Counted from the first letter of the stretch, positions 1-13,531 are shown. The stretch: 64,000 bases of DNA from Scyliorhinus canicula (GCF_902713615.1 NC_052149.1:126793256-126857255), one strand, 5' to 3'. Program-made: numbers and translations. The notes: generated by a model not told the origin, from the sequence alone.

Positions 1-3000
1 GGATTGTCACGTGTTAATGAACCTTTGTACACAGACTGGATTGTGAAATGTGATGTACCTGTATACACAGACTGGATTGTGAAGTGTGATGTACCTGTGT
101 ACACAGACTGGATTGTGAAGTGTGATGTACCTGTGTACACAGACTGGATTGTGAAGTGTGATGTACCTGTGTACACAGACTGGATTGTGAAGTGTGATGT
201 ACCTGTGTACACAGACTGGATTGTGAAGTGTGATGTACCTGTGTACACAGACTGGATGTGAAGTGTGATGTACCTGTGTACACGACTGGATTGTGAAGTG
301 TGATGTACCTGTGTACACAGACTGGATTGTGAAGTGTGATGTACCTGTGTACACAGACTGGATTGTGAAGTGTGATGTACCTGTGTACACAGACTGGATT
401 GTGAAGTGTGATGTACCTGTGTACACAGGAAGGATTGTGAAGTGTGATTACTGTGTACACAGACTGGATTGTGAAGTGTGATGTACGCTGTGTACACAGA
501 CTGGATTGTGAAGTGTGATGTACCTGTGTACACAGACTGGATTGTGAAGTGTGATGTACCTGTGTACACAGACTGGATTGTGGCATGTGATGTACCTGTG
601 TACACACACTGGATTGTGAAGTGTGATGTACCTGTGTACACAGATTGGATTGTCACGTGTTAATGAACCTTTGTACACAGACTGGATTGTGAAATGTGAT
701 GTACCTTTATACACAGACTGGACTGTGAAGTGTGACGTACCTGTATACACAGACTGGATTGTGAAGTGTGATGTACCTGTGTACACTGACTAGATTGTGA
801 AGTGTGATGTACATGTGCACCGAGACTGGATTGTGAAGTGTGATGTCTCTGTGTACACAGACTGGATTGTGAAGTTTGATGTACCTGTGCGCACAGACTG
901 GATTGTGAATTGTGATGTCTCTGTGTACAGTAATTGGTCGTGAAGTGTGATGTACCTGTGTACAGGGACAGGATCATGATGTGTGATGTATCTGCATACA
1001 CAGATTGGATTGCGAATTGTGATATAGTTGTGCACACAGACTGGTTTTGTAGTATCATGCATCTGTGCACAGAGAATGGATTGTGAAATGTGCTGTGCAG
1101 GTGTACACATACTGGATTGTGGCATGTGATGTACCTGTGTACACACACTGGTTGGTGAAGTGAGATGTACCTGTGTACACAGACTATGTTGTCAAATGTG
1201 ATATAACTGTTTACACAGACCGGATTCTGTGGCTTGAAGTGTCTGCCTTCACAATCCTGTCTTTGTACACAGTGACATCACACTTCACAATCCAGTCTGT
1301 GTACACAGGTACTCAACACTTCACAATCCAGTCTTTGTACACAGGTACATCACACTTCACAACTCAGTCTGTGTACACATACTGGATTGTGAAGTGTGAT
1401 GTACCTGTGTACACAGACTAGATTGTGAAGTGTGATGTACCTGTGTACACATACTGGTTTATGAAGTGTGATGTACCTGTGTACACAGACTGGATTGTGA
1501 AGTGTGATGTACCTGTGCACACAAAATGTATTGTGAAGTGTGATGTACCTGTGCACACAGACTGGATTGTGAAGTGTGATGTACCTGTGCACACAGACTG
1601 GATTGTGAAGTGTGATGTCTGTGTACACAAACTGGATTGTGAAGTGTGATGTACCTGTGTACAGAGGCTGGATTGTGAAGTGTGATGTACCTGTGTACAC
1701 AGACTGGATTGTGAAGTGTGATGTACCTGTGTACACAGGCTGGATTGTGAAGTGTGATGTACCTGTGTACACAGACTGGATTGTGAAGTGTGATGTACCT
1801 GTGTACACAGACTGGATTGTGAAGTGTGATGTACCTGTGTACACTTGCTGGATTGTGAAATGAGATATACCTGTGCACACAGACTGGATTGTGAAGTGTG
1901 ATGTACATACGTACACAGACTGGATTGTGAAGTTTGATGTACATGTGTACACAGACTGGATTGTGAAGTGTGATGTACCTGTGTACACAGACTGGATTGT
2001 GAAGTGTGATGTACCTGTGTACACAGACTGGATTGTGAAGTTGTGGTAATACCACTTTATATATATGTGTGTGCCTCTATTAGGGGATGTACAATAATAC
2101 CGGCTATTACAGGTTTGTCGGTAAGCGACTGCATAGTTTGTCGGTAAGCCGCTGCCGTCTAGCTCCGCCCACAGGAGCAGGATAAATATCCATGAGGTCT
2201 CCTGAGCTGCCATTTTTCAGCTCCACTTGAGGTAATAACATCTCACGGTAATAAAGCCTCTTTTGTACCGTTTCGTGTTTCTGTGTGCAATTGTTAGCGT
2301 AACAGAAGTGTGATGTACTTGTATACACAGACAAGATTGTGAAGTGTGATGTACCTGTGTACACAGATTGGATTGTGAAGTGTGATGTACCTCTGTACAA
2401 AGACTGGATTGTGAAGTGTGATGTACCTGTGCACACAGACTGGATTGTGAATTGTGATGTACCTGTGTACACAGATTGGATTGTGAAGTGTGATGTAACT
2501 GTGTACACAGACTGGATTGTGAAGTGTGATGTACCTGTGTACACAGACTGCATTGTGAAGTGATGTACCTCTGTGCACAGACTGGATTGTGAAGTGTGGT
2601 GTACCTGTGTACACAGACTGCATTGTCAAGTGTGATGAATTGTGATGTACCTGTGTACACAGATTGGATTGTGAAGTGTGATGTACCTGTGTACACAGAT
2701 TGGATTGTCACGTGTTAATGACCTTTGTACACAGACTGGATTGTGAAATGTGATGTACCTGTATACACAGACTGGATTGTGAAGTGTGATGTACCTGTGT
2801 ACACAGATTGGATTGTCACGTGTTAATGAACCTTTGTACACAGACTGGATTGTGAAGTGTGATGTACCTGTATACACAGACTGGATTGTGAAGTGTGATG
2901 TATCTGTGTACACACACTGGATTGTGAAGTGTGATGTACCTGTGTACACAGATTGGATTGTCACGTGTTAATGAACCTTTGTACACAGACTGGATTGTGA

Positions 3001-6000
3001 AATGTGATGTACCTGTATACACAGACTGGATTGTGAAGTGTGATGTACCTGTGTACACAGACTAGATTGTGAAGTGTGATGTACATGTGCACCGAGACTG
3101 GATTGTGAAGTGTGATGTCTCTGTGTACACAGACTGGATTGTGAAGTGTGATGTACCTGTGCGCACAGACTGGATTGTGAATTGTGATGTCTCTGTGTAC
3201 AGTAATTGGTCGTGAATTGTGATGTACCTGTGTACAGGGACAGGATTATGATGTGTGATGTATCTGCATACACAGATTGGATTGCGAATTGTGATATAGT
3301 TGTGCACACAGACTGGTTTGTGTAGTATGATGCATCTGTGCACAGAGAATTGATTGTGAAATGTGCTGTGCAGGTGTACACAGACTGGATTGTGGCATGT
3401 GATGTACCTGTGTACACACACTGGATTGTGAAGTGTGATGTACCTGTGTACACAGATTGGATTGTCACGTGTTAATGAACCTTTGTACACAGACTGGACT
3501 GTGAAGTGTGACGTACCTGTATACACAGACTGGATTGTGAAGTGTGATGTACCTGTGTACACTGACTAGATTGTGAAGTGTGATGTACCTGTGTACACAG
3601 ATTGGATTGTGAAGTGTGATGTACCTGTGTACACAGACTGGATTGTGAAGTGTGATGTACCTGTGTACACTGACTAGATTGTGAAGTGTGATGTACATGT
3701 GCACCGAGACTGGATTGTGAAGTGTGATGTCTCTGTGTACACAGACTGGATTGTGAAGTTTGATGTACCTGTGCGTACAGACTGGATTGTGAATTGTGAT
3801 GTCTCTGTGTACAGTAATTGGTCGTGAAGTGTGATGTACCTGTGTACAGGGACAGGATCATGATGTGTGATGTATCTGCATACACAGATTGGATTGCGAA
3901 TTGTGATATTGTTGTGCACACAGACTGGTTTGTGTAGTATCATGCATCTGTGCACAGAGAATGGATTGTGAAATGTGCTGTGCAGGTGTACACATACTGG
4001 ATTGTGGCATGTGATGTACCTGTGTACACACACTGGTTGGTGAAGTGAGATGTACCTGTGTACACAGACTATGTTGTCAAATGTGATGTACCTGTGTACA
4101 CAGACTGGATTGTGAAGTGTGATGTACCTGTGTACACAGACTGGATTGTGAAGTGTGATGTACCTGTGTACACAGACTGGATTGTGAAGTGTGATGTACC
4201 TGTGTACACAGACTGGATTGTGAAGTGTGATGTACCTGTGTACACAGACTGGATTGTGAAGTGTGATGTACCTGTGTACACAGACTGGATTGTGAAGTGT
4301 GATGTACCTGTGTACACAGACTGGATTGTGAAGTGTGATGTACCTGTGTACACAGACTGGATTGTGAAGTGTGATGTACCTGTGTACACAGACTGGATTG
4401 TGAAGTGTGATGTACCTGTGTACACAGACTGGATTGTGAAGTGTGATGTACCTGTGTACACAGACTGGATTGTGAAGTGTGATGTACCTGTGTACACAGA
4501 CTGGATTGTGAAGTGTGATGTACCTGTGTACACAGACTGGATTGTGAAGTGTGATGTACCTGTGTACACAGACTGGATTGTGAAGTGTGATGTACCTGTG
4601 TACACAGACTGGATTGTGAAGTGTGATGTACCTGTGTACACAGACTGGATTGTGAAGTGTGATGTACCTGTGTACACAGACTGGATTGTGAAGTGTGATG
4701 TACCTGTGTACACAGACTGGATTGTGAAGTGTGATGTACCTGTGTACACAGACTGGATTGTGAAGTGTGATGTACCTGTGTACACAGACTGGATTGTGAA
4801 GTGTGATGTACCTGTGTACACAGACTGGATTGTGAAGTGTGATGTACCTGTGTACACAGACTGGATTGTGAAGTGTGATGTACCTGTGTACACAGACTGG
4901 ATTGTGAAGTGTGATGTACCTGTGTACACAGACTGGATTGTGAAGTGTGATGTACCTGTGTACACAGACTGGATTGTGAAGTGTGATGTACCTGTGTACA
5001 CAGACTGGATTGTGAAGTGTGATGTACCTGTGTACACAGACTGGATTGTGAAGTGTGATGTACCTGTGTACACAGACTGGATTGTGAATTGTGATGTACC
5101 TGTGTACAGGGACAGGATTATGATGTGTGATGTATCTGCATACACAGATTGGATTGCGAATTATGATATAGTTGTGCACACAGACTGGTTTGTGTAGTAA
5201 GATGCATCTGTGCACAGAGAATGGATTGTGAAATGTGCTGTGCAGGTGTACACATACTGGATTGTGGCATGTGATGTACCTGTGTACACACACTGGTTTG
5301 TGAAGTGAGATGTACCTGTGTACACAGACTATGTTGTCAAATGTGATATAACTGTTTACACATACCGGATTCTGTGGCTTGAAGTGTCTGCCTACAGAGA
5401 CTGGATGGCGACGTGTGATGTACCTGTGTGCACTGACTATATTGTGAAGTGTGATGTACCTGTGTACACAGACTGGATTGTGAAGTGTGATGTACCTGTG
5501 TACACAGACTGGATTGTGAAGTGTGATGTACCAGTGTACACAGACTGGATTGTGAAGTGTGATGTACCTGTGTACACAGACTATATTGTGAAGTGTGATG
5601 TACCTGTGTACACAGACTGGATTGTGAAGTGTGATGTACCTGTGTACACAGACTGGATTGTGAAGTGTGATGTACCTGTGTACACAGACTGGATTGTGAA
5701 GTGTGATGTACCTGTGTACACAGACTGGATTGTGAAGTGTGATGTACCTGTGTACACAGACTGGATTGTGAAGTGTGATGTACCTGTGTACACAGACTGG
5801 ATTGTGAAGTGTGATGTACCTGTGTACACAGACTGGATTGTGAAGTGTGATGTACCTGTGTACACAGACTGGATTGTGAAGTGTGATGTACCTGTGTACA
5901 CAGACTGGATTGTGAAGTGTGATGTACCTGTGTACACAGACTGGATTGTGAAGTGTGATGTACCTGTGTACACAGACTGGATTGTGAAGTGTGATGTACC

Positions 6001-7030
6001 TGTGTACACAGACTGGATTGTGAAGTGTGATGTACCTGTGTACACAGACTGGATTGTGAAGTGTGATGTACCTGTGTACACAGACTGGATTGTGAAGTGT
6101 GATGTACCTGTGTACAGAGGCTGGATTGTGAAGTGTGATGTACCTGTGCCCTCAGACAGGATTGTGAAATGTCAAGTACCTGTGTACACAGACTGGATTG
6201 TGAAGTGTGATGTACCTGTGCACACAGACTGGATTGTGAAGTGTGATGTACTTGTGTACACAGGCGGGATTGTGAAGTGTGATGTACGTGTGTACACAGA
6301 CTAGATTGTGAAGTGTGATGTACCTGTGTACACATACTGGTTTATGAAGTGTGATGTACCTGTGTACAGAGTCTGGATTATGAAGTGTAATGTACCTGTG
6401 CACACAGACTGGATTGTGAACTGTGATGTACCTGTGTACACAGACTGGATTGTGAAGTGTGATGTACCTGTGTACAGAGTCTGGATTGTGAAGTGTAATG
6501 TACCTGTGCACACAGACTGGATTGTGAACTGTGATGTACCTGTGTACAGGGACTGGGTTATGTAGTGTGATATATCTGCGTACACAGATTGGATTGCGAA
6601 TTGTGATATAGTTGTGCACGCAGACTGGTGTGTGTAGTATGATGCATCTGTGCACAGAGAATGGATTGTGAAATGTGCTGTGCAGGTGTCCACAGGCTGG
6701 ATTGTGAACTGTGATGAACCTGTGTACACAGACTGGATTGTGAAATGTGATGTACCTGTGTACACAGACTGGATTGTGAAGTGTGATGTACCTGTGTACA
6801 CAGACTGGATTGTGAAGTGTGATGTACCTGTGTACACAGACTGGATTGTGAAGTGTGATGTACCTGTGTACACAGACTGGATTGTGAAGTGTGATGTACC
6901 TGTGTACACAGACTGGATTGTGAAGTGTGATGTACCTGTGTACACAGACTGGATTGTGAAGTATGATGTACCTGTGTACACAGACTGGATTGTGAAGTAT
7001 AATGTACCTGTGTACACAGACTAGACTGTA
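1..7030. repeat. 36-bp tandem satellite (CTGTGTACACAGACTGGATTGTGAAGTGTGATGTAC)n, running off the window start
   Basis: 12-aa periodicity in the ORF track (VYTDWIVKCDVP). Near-perfect tracts at ~4080-5090 and ~5590-6110 alternate with diverged blocks. The unit contains the palindrome CTGTGTACACAG. Confidence 0.97.
2042..2304 (+). mobile_element. Solo LTR inserted in the 36-bp satellite
   Basis: TG...CA termini (TGTGGT...GTAACA). 5-bp TSD GAAGT at 2037-2041 and 2305-2309. Internal TATA-like ATAAATA followed by AATAAA. Confidence 0.88.
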
Positions 7031-7042
7031 AAATGTGAGTTC

Positions 7043-7334
7043 TGATGCGACCATCAATTCACTCGGAGACTCATGTCGAAGTATACATTGGTTTTAATCA
7101 GCTTATAACTGTGCCTGCCTGCGACCGGTACATTACTGAAGGCGGTCCCGCAGGTCAGCTGCTCTTTTGCTTCCTGAAAGGGGTGGACCCATGGGCGGAC
7201 CCCCTACATGCTCCACATCTCCCCTTGTGGGTGAAGCCACACAGTGGCCCATAGATGGAGCGCACAGGGTTAATACCATGGTCTAATGCAACACAGTATA
7301 TTGGTGAATTAATAGTTCTTATACATTCACCACA
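7043..7334 (-). mobile_element. Solo LTR-like sequence of the TGATG...ACCATCAATT family, TSD not matching
   Basis: Same terminus as the solo LTRs at 9770 and 45011 (TGATGCGACCATCAATT) and ends in ...CACCACA. Flanks AGTTC and CACTA differ. Confidence 0.65.
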
Positions 7335-7707
7335 CACTACAAAAGAGGAAATTCAAAGGTGGCCTGGCATTTCCGAACCGGCAATACTACCACTGGGCAG
7401 CAATGGCGGAAAGACTGAGAGGATGGGTAAACAAATCCAACTCAGAGTGGGTGCGGATGGAGGAGGCCTCCTGCAAGGGGACCCTCCAGGCCTTGGCTAC
7501 AGCAGCACTCCCATCCCCTTCGGCAAAATATACATCAAGCCCAGGGGTAGCAGCCACACTGAAACCGTGGGGCCCAATTACAGCAGCACTTCAGGCTGAC
7601 AAGGATCTGCCTCGTGGCCCCCATCTGTGACAATCACAGATTCCCCCCCCCCCCCCCCCCCCCCCCTCCCAGCCATGCCAAACACCACCTTCAGCAAATG
7701 GAGACAG

Positions 7708-9147
7708 GACAGGGACACGCTGACAGTTAGGGGCTTTTACACAGGGCACAGAGTGGCAGCACTGGACAAACTGACGGAGGAATGGGAACTGCCAACAGGA
7801 CAGGGACACGCTGACAGTTAGGGGCTTTAACACAGGGCACAGAGTGGCAGCACTGGACAAACTGACGGAGGAATGGGAACTGCCAACAGGACAGGGACAC
7901 GCTGACAGTAAGGGGCTTTTACACAGGGCACAGAGTGGCAGCACTGGACAAACTGACGGAGGAATGGGATCTGCCAACAGGACAGGGACACGCTGAGAGT
8001 TAGGGGCTTTTAAACAGGGCACAGAGTGGCAGCACTGGACAAACTGACGGAGGAATGGGAACTGCCAATAGGACAGGGACACGCTGACAGTTAGGGGCTT
8101 TTACACAGGGCACAGAGTGGCAGCACTGGACAAACTGACGGAGGAATGGGAACTGCCAACAGGACAGGGTCACGCTGACAGTTAGGGGCTTTTACACAGG
8201 GCACAGAGTGGCAGCACTGGACAAACTAACGGAGGAATGGGAACTGCCAACAGGACAGGGACACGCTGACAGTTAGGGGCTTTTACACAGGGCACAGAGT
8301 GGCAGCACTGGACAAACTGACGGAGGAATGGGAACTGCCAACAGGACAGGGACACGCTGACAGTTAGGGGCTTTTACACAGGGCACAGAGTGGCAGCACT
8401 GGACAAACTGACGGAGGAATGGGAACTGCCAACAGGACAGGGTCACGCTGACAGTTAGGGGCTTTTACACAGGGCACAGAGTGGCAGCACTGGACAAACT
8501 GACGGAGGAATGGGAACTGCCAACAGGACAGGGTCACGCTGACAGTTAGGGGCTTTTACACAGGGCACAGAGTGGCAGCACTGGACAAACTGACGGAGGA
8601 ATGGGAACTGCCAACAGGACGGGGTCACGCTGACAGTTAGGGGCTTTTACACAGGGCACAGAGTGGCAGCACTGGACAAACTGACGGAGGAATGGGAACT
8701 GCCAACAGGACAGGGACACGCTGACAGTTAGGGGCTTTTACACAGGGCACAGAGTGGCAGCACTGGACAAACTGACGGAGGAATGGAAACTGCCAACAGG
8801 ACAGGGACACGCTGACAGTTAGGGGCTTTTACACAGGGCACAGAGTGGCAGCACTGGACAAACTGACGGAGGAATGGGAACTGCCAACAGGACAGGATCA
8901 CGCTGACAGTTAGGGGCTTTTACACAGGGCACAGAGTGGCAGCACTGGACATACTGACGGAGGAATGGGAACTGCCAACAGGACAGGGTCACACTGACAG
9001 TTCGAAGCTGTTACACAGGGCACAGAGTGGCAGCACTGGACAAACTGACGGAGGAATGGGAGCTGCCAACAGGCAAGGGACACGCTGATAGTTAGGGGCT
9101 TTTACACAGGGCACAGAGTGGCAGCACTGGACAAACTGACGGAGGAA
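7708..9147 (+). repeat. 91-bp minisatellite, left part (~16 units), derived from L1 ORF2
   Basis: CAGGGACACG recurs at 7801 and 7892. The first unit continues the ORF2 frame FSKWRQDRDTLTVRGFYTGHRVAALDKLTEEWELPTG. Confidence 0.95.
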
Positions 9148-9769
9148 CATAGAACATAGAACATAGAACGATACAGCGCAGTACAGGCCCTTCGGCCCTC
9201 GATGTTGCACCGACATGGAAAAAAAAACTAAAAGCCATCTAACCTACACTATGCCCTTATCATCCATATGCTTATCCAACAAATTTTTAAATGCCCTCAA
9301 TGTTGGCGAGTTCACTACTGTTGCAGGTAGGGCATTCCACAGCCTCACCACTCTTTGCGTAAAAAACCCACCTCTGACCTCTGTCCTATATCTATTACCC
9401 CTCAATTTAAGGCTATGTCCCCTCGTGCTAGCCACCTCCATCCGCGGGAGAAGGCTCTCGCTGTCCACCCTATCTAACCCTCTGATCATTTTGTATGCCT
9501 CTATTAAGTCACCTCTTAACCTTCTTCTCTCTAACGAAAACAACCTCAAGTCCATCAGCCTTTCCTCATAAGATTTTCCCTCCATACCAGGCAACATCCT
9601 AGTAAATCTCCTCTGCACCCGTTCCAAAGCTTCCACGTCCTTCCTATAATGAGGCGACCAGAACTGTACGCAATACTCCAAATGCGGCCGTACTAGACCG
9701 AACTGCAACATGACCTCATGGCTCCGGAACTCAATCCCTCTACCAATAAAGGCCAACACACCATAGGCC

Positions 9770-10023
9770 TGATGCACCATCAATTGCACGCGAGGCGAGT
9801 GATTTACCAATGTCAGGCTTTAATTAACTAGAACACAGCCTGGCGATCGTCTACAGTGGAAAAGGCCGATCGTCAGGCTTCTGAGCATTTATACCTCGTT
9901 GATAGAGGCGTGGTTAACTCAGCCTCTCGGCCAATCGGTCGAGAGGCACATGACCGACCAGGGCCAATGGTAAGCCGACGTTCTGGCCCAATGGCAGACG
10001 AGTATGCAGATCATATCATCACA
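9770..10023 (-). mobile_element. Solo LTR nested in CR1 ORF2
   Basis: TG...CA ends. 5-bp TSD AGGCC at 9765-9769 and 10024-10028. Removing it restores CR1 VVKKA-YGVLAFIGRG. Confidence 0.92.
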
Positions 10024-11112
10024 AGGCCTTCTTCACAACCCTATCAACCTGGGTGGCAACTTTCAGGGATCTATGTACATGGACACCGAGATCCCTCTGC
10101 TCATCCACACTACCAAGAATTTTACCATTAGCCAAATATTCCGCATTCCTGTTATTCTTTCCAAAGTGAATCACCTCACACTTCTCCACATTAAACTCCA
10201 TTTGCCACCTCTCAGCCCAGCTCTGCAGCTTATCTATGTCCCTCTGTAACCTGCAACATCCTTCCGCACTGTCTACAACTCCACCGACTTTAGTGTCGTC
10301 TGCAAATTTACTCACCCATCCTTCTGCGCCCTCCTCTAGGTCATTTATAAAAATGACAAACAGCAACGGCCCCAGAACAGATCCTTGTGGTACGCCACTC
10401 GTAACTGAACTCCATTCTGAACATTTCCCATCAACTACCACTCTCTGTCTTCTTTCAACTAGCCAATTTCTGATCCACATCTCTAAATCACCCTCAATCC
10501 CCAGCCTCCGTATTTTCTGCAATAGCCGACCGTGGGGAACCTTATCAAACGCTTTACTGAAATCCATATACACCACATCAACTGCTCTACCCTCGTCTAC
10601 CTGTTCAGTCACCTTCTCAAAGAACTCGATAAGGTTTGTGAGGCATGACCTACCCTTCACAAAACCATGCTGACTATCCCTAATCATATTATTCCTATCT
10701 AGATGATTATAAATTGTATCTTTTATAATCCTCTCCAAGACCTTACCCACCACAGACGTTAGGCTCACCGGCCTATAGTTACCGGGGTTATCTCTACTCC
10801 CCTTCTTGAACAAAGGGACCACATTTGCTATCCTCCAGTCCTCTGGCACTATTCCTGTAGCCAATGATGACCTAAAAATCAAAGCCAAAGGCTCAGCAAT
10901 CTCTTCCCTGGCTTCCCAGAGAATCCTAGGATAAATCCCATCCGGCCCCGGGGACTTATCTATTTTCACCTTGTCCAGAATTGCCAACACTTCTTCCCTA
11001 CGCACCTCAATGCCATCTATTCTAATAACCTGGGTCTCAGCATTCTCCTCCACAATATTATCTTTTTCTTGAGTGAATACTGACGAAAAGTATTCATTTA
11101 GTATCTCGCTTA

Positions 11113-11282
11113 GGGGCTGTTTAGCACACAGCTAAATCGCTGGCTTTGAAAGCAGGCCAGCAGCATGGTTCGATTCCCGTAACAGCCTCCCCGAACAGGC
11201 GCCGGAATGTGGCGACTAGGGGCTTTTCACAGTAACTTCATTTGAAGCCTACTCGTGACAATAAGCGATTTTCATTTCATTT
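11113..11282 (+). mobile_element. tRNA-related SINE nested in CR1
   Basis: Box-B-like GGTTCGATTCCC and (TTTCA)n tail. A related copy lies at ~49405-49595. Confidence 0.8.
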
Positions 11283-12562
11283 CCTCAGCCTCCACACACA
11301 ACTTCCCACCACTGTCCTTGACTGGCCCTACTCTTACCCTAGTCATTCTTTTATTCCTGACATATCTATAGAAAGCTTTTGGGTTTTCCTTGATCCTACC
11401 TGCCAAAGACTTCTCATGTCCCCTCCTTGCTCGTCTCAGCTCTCTCTTTAGATCCTTCCTCGCTTCCTTGTAACTATCAAGCGCCCCAACTGAAACTTCA
11501 TGCCTCATCTTCACATAGGCCTCCTTCTTCCTCTTAACAAGAGATTCCACTTCTTTGGTAAACCACGGTTCCCTCGCTCGACCCCTTCCTCCCTGCCTGA
11601 CTGGTACGTACTTATCAAGAACATGCAATAGCTGTTCCTTGAACAAGCTCCACATATCCAGTGTGCCCAACCCTTGCAGCCTACTTCTCCAACCAACACA
11701 TCCTAAGTCATGTCTAATGGCATCATAATTGCCCTTCCCCCAGCTATAACTCTTGCCCTGCGGGGTATACTTATCCCTTTCCATCACTAACGTAAAGGTA
11801 ACCGAATTGTGGTCACTGTTTCCAAAATGCTCACCTACCTCCAGATCTAACACCTGGCCTGGTTCATTACCCAAAACCAAATCCAATGTGGCCTCGCCTC
11901 TTGTTGGCCTGTCAACATATTGTGTCAGGAAACCCTCCTGCACACATTGTACAAAGAACGACCCATCTAATGTACTCGAACTATATATTGTCCAGTCAAT
12001 ATTTGGAAAGTTAAAGTCTCCCATAACAACTACCCTGTTACTTTCGCTCTTTTCCAGAATCATCTTCGCCATCCTTTCCTCTACATCCCTAGAACTATTA
12101 GGTGGCCTATAGAAAACTCCCAACAGGGTGACCTCTCCTTTCCTGTTTCTAACCTCAGCCCATACTACCTCAGAAGAAGAGTCCCCATCTAGCATCCTTT
12201 CCGCCACCGTAATACTGTCCTTGACTAGCAGCGCCACACCTCCCCCTCTTTTGCCCCATTCTCTGAGCTTACTAAAACACCTAAACCCCGGAACCTGCAA
12301 CAACCATTCCTGTCCCTGCTCTATCCATGTCTCTGAAATGGCCACAACGTCGAAGTCCCAGGTACCAACCCATGCTGCCAGTTCCCCTACCTTATTTCGT
12401 ATACTCCTGGCATTGAAGTAGACACACTTCAAACCACCTACCTGAACACTGGCACCCTCCTGCGAAGTCAAATCTGTGCTCCTGACCTCTATACTCTCAA
12501 TCTCCCGTACCCCAAAACTACAATCCAGTTTCCCATGCCCCTGCTGAATTAGTTTAAACCCC

Positions 12563-13531
12563 CTGGACAAACTGACGGAGGAATGGGAACTGCCAACAGG
12601 ACAGGGACACGCTGACAGTTATGGGCTTTTACACAGGGCACAGAGTGGCAGCACTGGACAAACTGACGGAGGAATGAGAACTGCCAACAGGACAGGGACA
12701 CGCTGATAGTTAGGGGCTTTTACACAGGGCACAGAGTGGCAGCACTGGACAAACTGACGGAGGAACATAGAACATAGAACATAGAACGATACAGCGCAGT
12801 ACAGGACAGGGACACGCTGACAGTTAGGGGCTTTTACATAGGGCACAGAGTGGCAGCATTGGACAAACTGACGGAGGAATGGGAACTGCCAACAGGACAG
12901 GGACACGCTGACAGTTAGGGGCTTTTACACAGGGCACAGAGTGGCAGCACTGGACAAACTGACGGAGGAATGGGAACTGCCAACAGGACAGGGACACGCT
13001 GACAGTTAGGGGCTTTTACACAGGGCACAGAGTGGCAGCACTGGACAAACTGACGGAGGAATGGGAACTGCCAACAGGACAGGGACACGCTGACAGTTAG
13101 GGGCTTTTACACAGGGCACAGAGTAGCAGCACTGGACAAACTGACGGAGGAATGGGAACTGCCAACAGGACAGGGACACGCTGACAGTTAGGGGCTTTTA
13201 CACAGGGCACAGAGTGGCAGCACTGGACAAACTGACGGAGGAATGGGAACTGCCAACAGGACAGGGTCACACTGACAGTTAGGGGCTTTTACACAGGGCA
13301 CAGAGTGGCAGCACTGGACAAACTGACGGAGGAATGGGAACTGCCAACAGGACAGGGTCACGCTGACAGTTAGGGGCTTTTACACAGGGCACAGAGTGGC
13401 AGCACTGGACAAACTGACGGAGGAATGGGAACTGCCAACAGGACAGGGTCACACTGACAGTTAGGGGCTTTTACACAGGGCACAGAGTGGCAGCACTGGA
13501 CAAACTGACGGAGTAATGGGAACTGCCAACA
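12563..13531 (+). repeat. 91-bp minisatellite, right part (~10 units)
   Basis: Same unit as 7708-9147. L1 ORF2 sequence resumes at ~13532. Confidence 0.95.

Larger units (their letters stand above)
9148..12562 (-). mobile_element. CR1-clade LINE (APE endonuclease + reverse transcriptase ORF2), disrupted
   Basis: ORF 11272-12570: YFNARS, VAISETW, GVFYRPP, VMGDFN, DHN. ORF 10019-11053: KSPGPDG, NYRPVSLT, DFSKAFD, GVPQGSVLGP, FADD. 3' tail (TTCTATG)n at 9148. 21-bp phase duplication CTGGACAAACTGACGGAGGAA at 9127-9147 and 12563-12583. Confidence 0.95.

Noticed and set aside
1-7030. RSS-like CACAGGT-12-ACAATCCAG on the minus strand of the 36-bp unit
   Set aside because: Only 5/7 and 4/9 matches, and the nonamer A-tract is missing. 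Compatible with chance.
4-7057. Long repetitive ORFs (up to 539 aa) in the 36-bp array
   Set aside because: The unit length is a multiple of 3 and several frames on both strands are open. No splice, promoter or domain context; indels switch frames.
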